Translations under genes and position numbers: made by a program
From: Methanopyrus kandleri AV19
GTDB lineage: Archaea; JAADCQ01; Methanopyri; Methanopyrales; Methanopyraceae
Length of the DNA stretch: 32,000 nt
Assembly: GCF_000007185.1 (NCBI RefSeq)
Contig: NC_003551.1
Location: 240,001 to 272,000 of the forward strand
Direction of reading: 5' to 3'
Shown here: one piece after another, positions 9,749-18,053 of the stretch
How the letters are laid out: the number at the start of each line of letters is the position of its first letter
Position numbering within the stretch: the stretch's first letter is position 1
Notes under the pieces: model-generated
Seen by the model: the letters and a program-made list of their open reading frames with translations, nothing else
Database searches by the model: none
What the model was told of the DNA's origin: nothing

Positions 9749-10504
9749 TCATTTTTCTAATACCCATAAAGCAGCCCCAAATGCTCCGGCTACGTGGGCT
9801 TCATTAGGTACGTTTATCCCCATCTCCAGCCTGTCTGAGAGGAGCTCGGCGAAGACCCGACAGCGTGCCATGCCGCCGACCAGCACCACCTCGGGCTCCG
9901 GCGACACCTTGTCGATCATGGTGGCGACGCGCTCGGCCACGGAGTCGAGGACGCCCAGCAGGATCCTTTCGACGTCGATCCCGCGGTTCACCAGCGAGAT
10001 CACCTCCGTCTCCGCGAAGACCGCGCACATCGAGTTGATCTTCACGGGATCGTCCGCGCCGCTCGCGTGCTCGTCGACCTCCGACATCTCGATCCCGAGC
10101 CGCCGGCACACGTTCTCGACGAACCTCCCGGTACCGGCCGCACACTTGTCGTTCACCTGGAAGTCCACGACCTTGCCGTCCTCCACTTTCATCACCTTGG
10201 TATCCTGACCGCCCACGTCTATCACCGTCCTGGCACCTTCGACCAGCTGGGAGGCACCTAGGGCGACCGCAGGAAGCTCGGGCACGGTCTCATCGAACTC
10301 GTCGCTCAGAGCCTCCCTACCGTATCCCGTGACGGCCGTGACGTCGAACTCGTCGATGCCCGCGCCTAGCTCATCTAGGGCACGCCGTAGCACTTTCTTC
10401 ACGGGACCTGTCGACTCCACCACGGTATGGTCCTCGAGCGAGCCGTCCTCCACGATCGCACACTTCAGGTGGGAAGATCCCGCGTCCACGCCGAGGACCC
10501 GCAC
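9749..10504 (-). CDS. BadF/BadG/BcrA/HgdC-family activator ATPase
   Basis: MRVLGVDAGSSHLKCAIVEDG (phosphate 1), VIDVGGQDTKVMKV, NDKCAAGTGRFVENVCRRLGIE, CAVFAETEVISL, VVLVGGMARC; canonical activator motifs including both cluster-ligand Cys regions. Confidence 0.92.
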   Translation of the reverse strand: MRVLGVDAGSSHLKCAIVEDGSLEDHTVVESTGPVKKVLRRALDELGAGIDEFDVTAVTGYGREALSDEFDETVPELPAVALGASQLVEGARTVIDVGGQDTKVMKVEDGKVVDFQVNDKCAAGTGRFVENVCRRLGIEMSEVDEHASGADDPVKINSMCAVFAETEVISLVNRGIDVERILLGVLDSVAERVATMIDKVSPEPEVVLVGGMARCRVFAELLSDRLEMGINVPNEAHVAGAFGAALWVLEK

Positions 10505-10694
10505 GGTTTGTCCCCGGTTGATTTCTCCACGTACATCGCCTTGACGTCGTTGGGTGATTCATTCGATAGCTATTACCGAATTTCATACCATCACAGGACT
10601 CTTCATCAAGTACTCTAATGTCGTTTTGATACCGGAAAGAGCACTGATTATAACGGGATGCGATACCGGCTGGCCGCACCGGGGGAGACGAAGC

Positions 10695-11156
10695 ATGGCC
10701 AGAGTATCACCGCTGGTTACGGGACTGGTAGCCGGCGTCTCCGCCGCGATACTGCAGGCGGTCTTCAAGGTCAGCCCACCACCGGCGTACGGGATCTGTA
10801 TAGCGTGCCACACCAGGGACCTGGTGAACTGGATAGTGAACCATGCCGCGGGAACCACGCTCGGGATGGCGCCGGTCTCCAAACCCTTCCCGGTGCTGAC
10901 CGTCGTGGGTATTTTCATCGGGGCACTGATCGCGGCGTTCGCCCACGGCGAGTTCAGGATTCGGAGGACCCACCATCCGATTCTAGGGTTCGTGCTCGGT
11001 TTCCTGGTCATCAACTTCGCACTCTTCATGGGTGGCTGTCCGATCCGAACGAGCCTGAGGACGATGTACGGGGACGTCGTAGCGCTCCTCGGACTGATCT
11101 CCATAGCCGTCGGCGTGATACTGGGCGCCGAGTTCTACCTCAAGAGAAAGGCGTGA
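10695..11156 (+). CDS. YedE/YeeE-family (Se/S transport-like) membrane protein, N-terminal half gene
   Basis: MARVSPLVTGLVAGVSAAILQAVFKVSPPPAYGICIACHTRDLVNWI...VINFALFMGGCPIRTSLRTMYGD; ATG 10695 preferred over the track start 10554. Confidence 0.82.
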   Translation: MARVSPLVTGLVAGVSAAILQAVFKVSPPPAYGICIACHTRDLVNWIVNHAAGTTLGMAPVSKPFPVLTVVGIFIGALIAAFAHGEFRIRRTHHPILGFVLGFLVINFALFMGGCPIRTSLRTMYGDVVALLGLISIAVGVILGAEFYLKRKA

Positions 11157-11170
11157 GGGGGGAACGGAGC

Positions 11171-11644
11171 GTGGCGGAGTACCTGCACGCCATCGGGACG
11201 CTCGCGTTCGGCGTGCTGATCGGCTACCTGGGCCAGCGGTCCGCGATGTGCTTCATAGGAGGAATCCGAGACGTGTACCTACTACGCGACACGTGGCTCG
11301 TGCAGGGCCTGATCGGGTTCCTCATCGGTGCCTTCTTCGGGCTGGTGGTGTTCGGAGCCGCGGGTATGATCAAGAAGTTCCCGTGGTTCCTGTACAAGGG
11401 AGCGTCCGCCATCCCGGGTGACGTCCTCGGCAAGAAGCCGGGGTTCGCCGCCCACGCGGCGGTGACGGTGATAGGCGGTCTCGGCGTGGGTTTCCTGTCG
11501 GTGGTTCAGGGTGGCTGTCCGTTCAGGAACTACGTGATGGCGGCCGAGGGCAACGTGACTGCGATGGCGTACCTGCTAGGGGTGTTCGTCGGTGCGGTGT
11601 TCTTCCACGCCTGCATCGTGCCGATCTTCGGGCCGCCGAAGTGA
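11171..11644 (+). CDS. YedE/YeeE-family (Se/S transport-like) membrane protein, C-terminal half gene
   Basis: GTG start at 11171: MAEYLHAIGTLAFGVLIGYLGQRSAMCFIGGIRDVYLLRDTWL...GFLSVVQGGCPFRNYVMAAEGN. The upstream part of track ORF 10658-11644 is out of frame with the preceding gene and not protein-like. Confidence 0.85.
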   Translation: MAEYLHAIGTLAFGVLIGYLGQRSAMCFIGGIRDVYLLRDTWLVQGLIGFLIGAFFGLVVFGAAGMIKKFPWFLYKGASAIPGDVLGKKPGFAAHAAVTVIGGLGVGFLSVVQGGCPFRNYVMAAEGNVTAMAYLLGVFVGAVFFHACIVPIFGPPK

Positions 11645-11648
11645 GGGG

Positions 11649-12227
11649 ATGGAAATGGGGCTCCTCTCCCGCCTCCGCTCCGCGTTTTCCCGGGATGAGG
11701 GACCGTCAGACGAGCGCGAGGGTAAGGGCCTGATCGTCTTCGAAAGCGCCAGGGACGCGATGAAGGCGGAGAGGACCCTCAAGGAGGCCGGATACGACGT
11801 CCGGGCGGTGGCCCCACCGCCGGAGATCCGCGAGGGGTGCGACCTGGCGATCGAGTACGACCTCGTCGACGAGGTAGGCGTGCGCCGAACGCTCGAGGAG
11901 ATCGGTGTGGAACCGCTGAAGTTCGTATCACTCGAGGACCCTTCCCTCAAGCCCATCGAGCTGGTTCGCGTCAAGGAGGTCGACGGATACATCATGGTCC
12001 GATGCGGCAACATGAAGGTGACCGTGGATCGGGACGGGACGATAGTGAACGTGTCGGGTGGAGGGTGTCCCGACGTCCCTTACCTGGCGCATGAACTCGT
12101 GGGCAAGAACGTTCTCGAGCTGTCGGAGAACTCGATGCCGGCGAGCTTGGGATACACGCTCTGCGCGTACACCCTGGACAAAGCCGTGAGGAAGGCCAAG
12201 GAAGTACTCTTAGGGGAGGGAAGTTGA
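11649..12227 (+). CDS. DUF3343-like (putative Se/S carrier protein-like) protein with C-terminal extension
   Basis: KGLIVFESARDAMKAERTLKEAGYDVRAVAPPPEIREGCDLAIEYDL...GVEPLKFV resembles DUF3343, followed by VRCGNMKVTVDRDGTIVNVSGGGCPDVPYLAHELVGK. Confidence 0.7.
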   Translation: MEMGLLSRLRSAFSRDEGPSDEREGKGLIVFESARDAMKAERTLKEAGYDVRAVAPPPEIREGCDLAIEYDLVDEVGVRRTLEEIGVEPLKFVSLEDPSLKPIELVRVKEVDGYIMVRCGNMKVTVDRDGTIVNVSGGGCPDVPYLAHELVGKNVLELSENSMPASLGYTLCAYTLDKAVRKAKEVLLGEGS

Positions 12228-13048
12228 TCATCGCGGGTACGGTTCCGATCGAAGGTCTCGGCCCCGTGGAGGGGAAGGTCGAGCCGCTGGACGATCGAAT
12301 ACGCGTCGCCGGTCGTGAGATACCCGTTTCCATGGGGACCGCCGCACTGGCCGCCGCGGCGGCCCGTGTTCTGGAGTTCCTGGGTGAGGATGAACCACGG
12401 CTTATCACCGCGGGGGATCTGGGAGAAGGGGACGGTAGTCTCGAGATCTACCGTCGCCTGAGGGAGGTCGACGATGACGTGCTCGTGATCCACTACATCA
12501 AGCCGAAGATAGACGAGATCCGACGCGTCGATACGTCAGGCAAGGTCATCGCGGACGCCGGAGGGATGTACGCCGCCAAGGCCGCGGGTATCGGACCCGA
12601 GTTTCACCTGTTCCTGCCGGACCCCGGAGAACTCGCGTTCCTCGCGGACGAGAAGGCCCATCATCCGGCCTACGTTCGAGGGTTCATCGCTGAAGTCGAC
12701 GAGGAGGAGGTTCCGAGCCTGGTGAGACGTGCCTACGAGGAGGACCAAGTCCCGGATTATATGGTGGTTAAGGGGAGGCGTGACCACGTCGTCCACCGGG
12801 GTGAAGTGGTGGAGACCGTCGATGAGCCCCTCGTCGAGGCCATGGAGTGCATCGGGGGTACGGGCGACACGCTCACGGGGATCGTCGCCGCACTCATCGC
12901 CGCGGGGTTCGGAACCGAGGAGGCGTGCGTGATCGGCTGTAGGGTGAACCGGAGGCTCGGTGAAATCGCGAACGCGACTCCGACAACTAGGATACACGAG
13001 CTCACCAGGGCGATACCGGAGGCCCTGTGCGAAGAACTGAGGGAGTGA
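12224..13048 (+). CDS. Ribokinase/NAD(P)HX-dehydratase-fold kinase-like protein
   Basis: ECIGGTGDTLTGIVAALIAAGFGTEEACVIGCRVNRRLGE carries the (G)GTGD catalytic signature; TTG start overlaps the previous stop by 4 nt. Confidence 0.7.
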   Translation: MIIAGTVPIEGLGPVEGKVEPLDDRIRVAGREIPVSMGTAALAAAAARVLEFLGEDEPRLITAGDLGEGDGSLEIYRRLREVDDDVLVIHYIKPKIDEIRRVDTSGKVIADAGGMYAAKAAGIGPEFHLFLPDPGELAFLADEKAHHPAYVRGFIAEVDEEEVPSLVRRAYEEDQVPDYMVVKGRRDHVVHRGEVVETVDEPLVEAMECIGGTGDTLTGIVAALIAAGFGTEEACVIGCRVNRRLGEIANATPTTRIHELTRAIPEALCEELRE

Positions 13049-13053
13049 GGAGG

Positions 13054-15024
13054 CTAAGCGGGGTCCCTGAAGGCCCCCTCGATCTGCTTGTACAACTGCT
13101 CGGTCTTGAAGTGGTTCTGCTCCATGGCACCGCTCGGGCACGCCGCCGCGCAGGTCCCGCATCCCTTGCACAAAGCGGCCGTGACTTCGGCCACGAGCTT
13201 CCCGTCCTTCTCGACGAGTTCTATGGCACCGTACGGACAGAGTTCCACGCAGGTACCACAACCGCCGCAGATCTCCTCGTCCACCTCCGATACTATGGGC
13301 TCTACGGCCACCTCACCGGCCGCCAATGCCGTGGCGGCGCGAGCCGCGGCGGCAGAACCCTGGGCGACCGAGGAGGGTATGTCCTTCGGACCTTGACACG
13401 CTCCGGCCAGGAAGATACCGTCGATCGCCGTGTCCACGGGCCGCAACTTCGGATGTGCTTCCATGAAGAAACCGTCCGGCGAACGTGAAATACTGAGGAC
13501 CTCCTGGATGACGTCGGCCGAGTCCCGCGGCACCATACCTACGGACAACACCACCAAGTCGTACTCCCTTTCGACCACGTCGCCGAGCAGCGTATCCTCG
13601 GCACGCACGATGAGGTTCTTGGTCTCCGGGTCCTCGACTATCTCCGCGGGCCGGCCGCGGATGAACCGGATGCCGTACTGCTTCTGCGAGCGTTCGTAGT
13701 ACTCCTCGTAACCCTTACCGAACGCCCGCACGTCCATGTAGTAGATATCGATCTGTGTCTCCGGGTACTTCTCCCGGATCAGCTGCGCCAACTTCATCGC
13801 GTACATGCAGCAAACGTTGGAGCAGTACGGATTGGTCCTGTGCGGGTCACGTGAGCCAACGCACTGGATGAATGCAATACGTTTCGGTTTCTTTCCATCA
13901 CTGGGCCTCACCACCTTGCCACCGGTGGGTCCCGAGGCGTTGATGAGCCTCTCCAGCTCTATCGACGTGATCACGTTGTCGTAGACGCCGTACCCGTACT
14001 CCTCGCGCTCGGTCGGGTCGCACGTGTCGTATCCGATGGCGCAGATGATAGCACCGACCTCTTCCTCGACGATCTCGGGCTCCTGATCGAAGTCTATCGC
14101 GTCGGCGTCGCATACCTCTTCGCAGAGACCGCATCGGATGCAGTGCTCCTCGTCGATCGTGAACACCGACGGGACCGCCTGCGGGAACGGCTTGTAGATG
14201 GCCTTCCTCATCCCCAGGCCCTCGTCGAACTCGTTGGGCACCTCGATCGGGCAGACCTCCGCGCACGCGCCGCAGCCCGTGCACGCGTCCTCGTCCACGT
14301 ACCGCGGCTTCTTCTCGATCTTCACCGTGAAGTTGCCCACGTACCCGTCCACCTCGACGACCTCGGCGTAGGTGTACATCTTGATGTTGGGATGCTTGGA
14401 CACGTCCACCATCTTCGGTGCCAAGATGCAGATGGAGCAGTCGTTCGTGGGGAACGTCTTGTCCAGCTGGGCCATCCTGCCCCCGATGGACGGCTCCTTC
14501 TCGACCAGGATGACCTCGAAGCCCATGTCCGCGAGGTCCAGGGCCGCCTGAATCCCGGAGACTCCGCCCCCGATGACCAGGGCGCGGTCGGTCACGTCCA
14601 CCTTGATGGTCTCGAGGGACTCGAGCAGCCGGGCCTTGGCCACCGCCATGCGGACGAGGTCCTTAGCTTTCTCCGTGGCCCTGGCCGGATCGTCCATGTG
14701 AACCCATGAGCAGTGCTCCCTGATGTTCGCCATCTCGAAGCAGTAGGGGTTCAACCCGGCCTCCTCGACGCACCGTCGGAACGTGGGCTCATGTAGCCTG
14801 GGCGAACAGGCCGCCACGACGACACGGTTCAGATCGTACTTCTCGATGTCGCGTTGAATGATCTCTTGACCCGGGTCGGAGCACACGTACTTGTAATCGC
14901 GCGCCACGACCACGTTCTTCAGCGTCTTGGCGAACTCGGCCACTTCCTTGACGTCGACGACGCCGGCGATGTTCACGCCGCAGTGGCACACGTAGACGCC
15001 GATGCGCGGCTCTTCCTCCGCCAA
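13054..15024 (-). CDS. hdrA: Heterodisulfide reductase subunit A, cysteine (Se-independent) paralog
   Basis: [28 protein letters not shown]; [18 protein letters not shown]; [15 protein letters not shown]; [22 protein letters not shown]; C-terminal 2x[4Fe-4S] [24 protein letters not shown]. Confidence 0.96.
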   Translation of the reverse strand: MAEEEPRIGVYVCHCGVNIAGVVDVKEVAEFAKTLKNVVVARDYKYVCSDPGQEIIQRDIEKYDLNRVVVAACSPRLHEPTFRRCVEEAGLNPYCFEMANIREHCSWVHMDDPARATEKAKDLVRMAVAKARLLESLETIKVDVTDRALVIGGGVSGIQAALDLADMGFEVILVEKEPSIGGRMAQLDKTFPTNDCSICILAPKMVDVSKHPNIKMYTYAEVVEVDGYVGNFTVKIEKKPRYVDEDACTGCGACAEVCPIEVPNEFDEGLGMRKAIYKPFPQAVPSVFTIDEEHCIRCGLCEEVCDADAIDFDQEPEIVEEEVGAIICAIGYDTCDPTEREEYGYGVYDNVITSIELERLINASGPTGGKVVRPSDGKKPKRIAFIQCVGSRDPHRTNPYCSNVCCMYAMKLAQLIREKYPETQIDIYYMDVRAFGKGYEEYYERSQKQYGIRFIRGRPAEIVEDPETKNLIVRAEDTLLGDVVEREYDLVVLSVGMVPRDSADVIQEVLSISRSPDGFFMEAHPKLRPVDTAIDGIFLAGACQGPKDIPSSVAQGSAAAARAATALAAGEVAVEPIVSEVDEEICGGCGTCVELCPYGAIELVEKDGKLVAEVTAALCKGCGTCAAACPSGAMEQNHFKTEQLYKQIEGAFRDPA

Positions 15025-15030
15025 CCACCA

Positions 15031-16479
15031 TCACCCCTCCACAATCCGAACTAGCCTACCGGCGCGGTGAACCTCGAGCGTGAGCCTGGGACGCTCGCCG
15101 AGTACGTGGGTCGCACAAGACAGGCAGGGGTCGTAAGCCCGGATCACCATCTCCATCCGGTTGAGGACCTCGGGGGAGGCGTCCTCGGGACTCCTCAGGT
15201 ACTCCTCAGCGACCTTCTTGACGCCGAGGTCCATGGCGGGGTTGTTCTGGACCGTGGCGACGATCAGGTTGACCTCGGTGATGAGCCCTTCCTCGTCCGT
15301 CTTGAAGTGGTGGATCAGCGTCCCACGCGGTGCCTCCACGCAGCCGATACCCTCGCCCGTGACGTCGTCCGGATCCACCTCCTCTCGGACATCGTCACCC
15401 GTGATCTCGTCGTCCTCTAGCAGCTCGACGCAGCGTTCGGCCGACGACAGCAGCTCGATCGTCCTCGCGTAATGATACAGCATCGGGTGGTGGCACGGTT
15501 TCCCGTACTCGTCGACGAGCTCCTCGTAACGCCCCTGAGCCCTGGGCGTGGCCATCCTGTCGCACACGTTGAGACGGGAGAGCGTGTTGACCCGGTAGAG
15601 TCCCTCCTCCTCGCCCTTGTCGCGCAGGTACGGGAACTTGAGGTAGGAGTACGGTCGCACGGCCTCGGCGATGTGATCGAGGTACTCCGACGGCTCGAAC
15701 TCCCTATCGACGTTGCCCTCAGGATCCACGACGCGGATCACACCGTCGTACAACTCGTGCACGCCGTCGCTGACCATCCCCATATGGTAAGACTCCAGAT
15801 ATCCGAGCTCGAGCAGTCCCTCCTCCTCGAGGCGCCGGGTTAGCTCCTCGGCCAAGTCGACGGTGCGCTCCGCCAGCTCGACCGCGCTCCTAGCGAGTTC
15901 GAGGAGCTCCTCCCGTCGGTCCTCCTCCAAGGGCTTAGATACGCCGCCCGGAACGGCGGTGACGGGGTGTATGGGCTTGCCACCGACCGCCTCCACTATC
16001 GTCTGTCCTATCTTCCTCAGCTCGATGGCACACTTCACGACCTCGGGGTTCTCCCTAGCCAGTGCGAGGACATGGCGCTTCATAGGATCCTCCTCTTCGG
16101 GTTTGACCAGGTCCGGTGCCGCGAGGAAGTAGAAGTGGAGCGCGTGACTGTGCACCGTCGCGGCGTGATGCATCAGCTCCCGCAGCTTCCGAGCCGGCTC
16201 CGGAGGCTCCACGCCGAAGACCTCGTCGGCGGCCTTGGCGCTGGCGAGGTGATGGGCCACCTGACATATCCCACAGATCCTCGGCGTCAGTATCGGGGCG
16301 TCCTCGATCGGTCTTCCTTCGAGGAACTTCTCGAAACCGCGGACTTCGACCACGTGGAATCTGGCGTCCTTCAGGTTCCCGTCCTCGTCGAACTCGACCA
16401 CGATCTTACCGTGACCCTCCACCCTGGTGACCGGCTCGACGTTCACTACCATCTCCGACAACGTACCGACCCCCCTCAC
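15031..16479 (-). CDS. vhcA: F420-non-reducing [NiFe]-hydrogenase large subunit, cysteine form (VhcA/MvhA)
   Basis: VEPVTRVEGHGKIVVEF; RICGICQVAHHLASAKAADEVF; C-terminal RAYDPCLSCATH followed by a 24-aa tail. The likely true start is the internal GTG (MVVNVEPV, 16452). Confidence 0.93.
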   Translation of the reverse strand: MRGVGTLSEMVVNVEPVTRVEGHGKIVVEFDEDGNLKDARFHVVEVRGFEKFLEGRPIEDAPILTPRICGICQVAHHLASAKAADEVFGVEPPEPARKLRELMHHAATVHSHALHFYFLAAPDLVKPEEEDPMKRHVLALARENPEVVKCAIELRKIGQTIVEAVGGKPIHPVTAVPGGVSKPLEEDRREELLELARSAVELAERTVDLAEELTRRLEEEGLLELGYLESYHMGMVSDGVHELYDGVIRVVDPEGNVDREFEPSEYLDHIAEAVRPYSYLKFPYLRDKGEEEGLYRVNTLSRLNVCDRMATPRAQGRYEELVDEYGKPCHHPMLYHYARTIELLSSAERCVELLEDDEITGDDVREEVDPDDVTGEGIGCVEAPRGTLIHHFKTDEEGLITEVNLIVATVQNNPAMDLGVKKVAEEYLRSPEDASPEVLNRMEMVIRAYDPCLSCATHVLGERPRLTLEVHRAGRLVRIVEG

Positions 16480-17390
16480 TCCCTATCCACCCTGAACGGC
16501 ATCAGCGAGCCGGCGAGCGTGAACCGGTAGAACCAGCCTACCACGTCAGGGACGGACTCCACGAGCTCGGAAGGGTCGACGTCGTCCACATCGGCCCGGA
16601 AGATCGAGGCGATCGCGGACATCATCTCCGCACCTTGGTCGGGGATTTCTCCGGCCGGTCCCGCACAACCCGCACACGGTACCCCGGCTTCGGGACAGCG
16701 TGCCCCGCACCCCGCCCGTGTAGCGGGTCCCATGCACGGGTAACCCTGCTCCAGCAAGCACCGGTCCGGATCGGGCTCACCCTCGACCGGGCGGCGGATC
16801 TCGTGGATCACGGTCTCTTCCTTCTTCCGAGGACACTCCTCGCAGAGGTTCGTCGTCGAGAGCTCGGGTTCGCGTCCGTCGAGGATCGCTGTGACCGCGT
16901 CCGCGATCAGGTCGGGCTCCGGGGGGCAGCCGGGTAACTCGTAATCGACGTCGATGACATCGGAGAGCGGGCGAACGCGCCACGTTAACTCTGGGACGTC
17001 TTCGGACGGTATCACACCGTCCTCGTTCTCCGTGCTGGCGGTTTCCACGTAGACGGTCCTCAGGAGCTCCTCGTTGGAGTACAGGTTGGCCAGTCCCGGG
17101 ACGCCGCCGTAGCAGGCGCAGGTACCCACCGCCACGACGATCTCCGCACGCTCCCTGAACTCCTCCGCTACCTCTACGTTCTCCTCGTTCCTGATACCAC
17201 CCTCGATCAGGACCACGTCCACATCCTCGGGGATCTCCTTGGTATCCATGAGCACGGGGCAGTGAACCAGCTCGGCGTCGCCCAGGAGGTCCAGAAGCCG
17301 CTCGTGGAGGTCCAACACCGAGACGTGGCAACCGGAGCAACAGCACAACCACGTCGTGGCGATCTTCACCAAACGCACCACCCCCTTCAC
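16476..17390 (-). CDS. vhcG: F420-non-reducing [NiFe]-hydrogenase small subunit (VhcG/MvhG)
   Basis: [28 protein letters not shown]; [17 protein letters not shown]; [16 protein letters not shown]; [17 protein letters not shown]. Confidence 0.94.
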   Translation of the reverse strand: MKGVVRLVKIATTWLCCCSGCHVSVLDLHERLLDLLGDAELVHCPVLMDTKEIPEDVDVVLIEGGIRNEENVEVAEEFRERAEIVVAVGTCACYGGVPGLANLYSNEELLRTVYVETASTENEDGVIPSEDVPELTWRVRPLSDVIDVDYELPGCPPEPDLIADAVTAILDGREPELSTTNLCEECPRKKEETVIHEIRRPVEGEPDPDRCLLEQGYPCMGPATRAGCGARCPEAGVPCAGCAGPAGEIPDQGAEMMSAIASIFRADVDDVDPSELVESVPDVVGWFYRFTLAGSLMPFRVDRE

Positions 17391-17812
17391 AGCCTTTTCA
17401 ACCTCTCACGGAGTTCCAATGGTCCCAGCTCTAACAACGTCTGATGAAACTCAGTCATAACCTCAGCGAACTTCTCACCCTCCGAAGCTGAAATCCACTC
17501 GTATCTGAAACGCTCAGGTTCAATGCCTATTTCGGCTAAAAATTTCTTCAATAACTCGGCCCTTCTCCACCACTTGTAATTACCTGATTGGTAATGACAA
17601 TCTCCCAAGTGACATCCTCCTACGAACACTCCATCAGCACCTTCTCTAAACGCTTTTAAAACAAGAGATGGTTCTATTCGTCCCGAGCACATCACCCGAA
17701 TAATTCGAGTACTTGGAGGATATTGCATCCTACCAACGCCAGCGGTATCCGCTCCTCCGTACGAGCACCAATTGCAGCAGAAAGCTATGATTTTAGGTTT
17801 CCACTCTCCCAT
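17387..17812 (-). CDS. vhcD: F420-non-reducing hydrogenase iron-sulfur subunit D, cysteine form (VhcD/MvhD)
   Basis: [75 protein letters not shown] 17812 with GGAGGG Shine-Dalgarno preferred over the track start 17866. Confidence 0.93.
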   Translation of the reverse strand: MGEWKPKIIAFCCNWCSYGGADTAGVGRMQYPPSTRIIRVMCSGRIEPSLVLKAFREGADGVFVGGCHLGDCHYQSGNYKWWRRAELLKKFLAEIGIEPERFRYEWISASEGEKFAEVMTEFHQTLLELGPLELRERLKRL

Positions 17813-17851
17813 AGACGCCCTCCGGAGCTCCTTTGTCCACATAAGAAAAAG

Positions 17852-17860
17852 CTTATTATT
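17852..17860 (-). promoter_or_regulatory. Candidate TATA box (AATAATAAG) of the vhcDGA-hdrA operon
   Basis: AT-rich box about 40 nt upstream of the preferred vhcD ATG, consistent with a short leader containing the SD. Confidence 0.4.
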
Positions 17861-18053
17861 TGACAAATTTCAGCGCTATTCCCCGAACTTAAACCCCATA
17901 AGTTACCTCCTACCGATCAATTTGCGTGATCATAAGTGACATCGATCTCCATTGAAAGCGTTAGAGCAACTGTCCTCGTACGTGGCCGAAAACCGCGCCG
18001 GGAATCGGTGGGACTTTAAACTCGCAGGGATACGGGTGGGGAGGGGCCGTACC

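Noticed and set aside
10658-11170. Upstream extension of the second YedE-half ORF (MRYRLAAPGETKHGQS...)
   Set aside because: It is the alternate frame of the first YedE-half gene and its translation is Arg/Gly/Asp-rich nonsense. The real start is GTG 11171.
14143-14709. Plus-strand ORFs opposite hdrA, vhcA and vhcG (e.g. 14143-14709, 15967-16530)
   Set aside because: Reverse-strand artefacts with repetitive HVHLD/DRLLL-type translations over well-supported genes.
15031-15109. Sec codon or separate VhuU-like peptide at the hydrogenase large subunit C-terminus
   Set aside because: The C-terminal motif is contiguous and uses Cys (DPCLSCATH), with no in-frame TGA.
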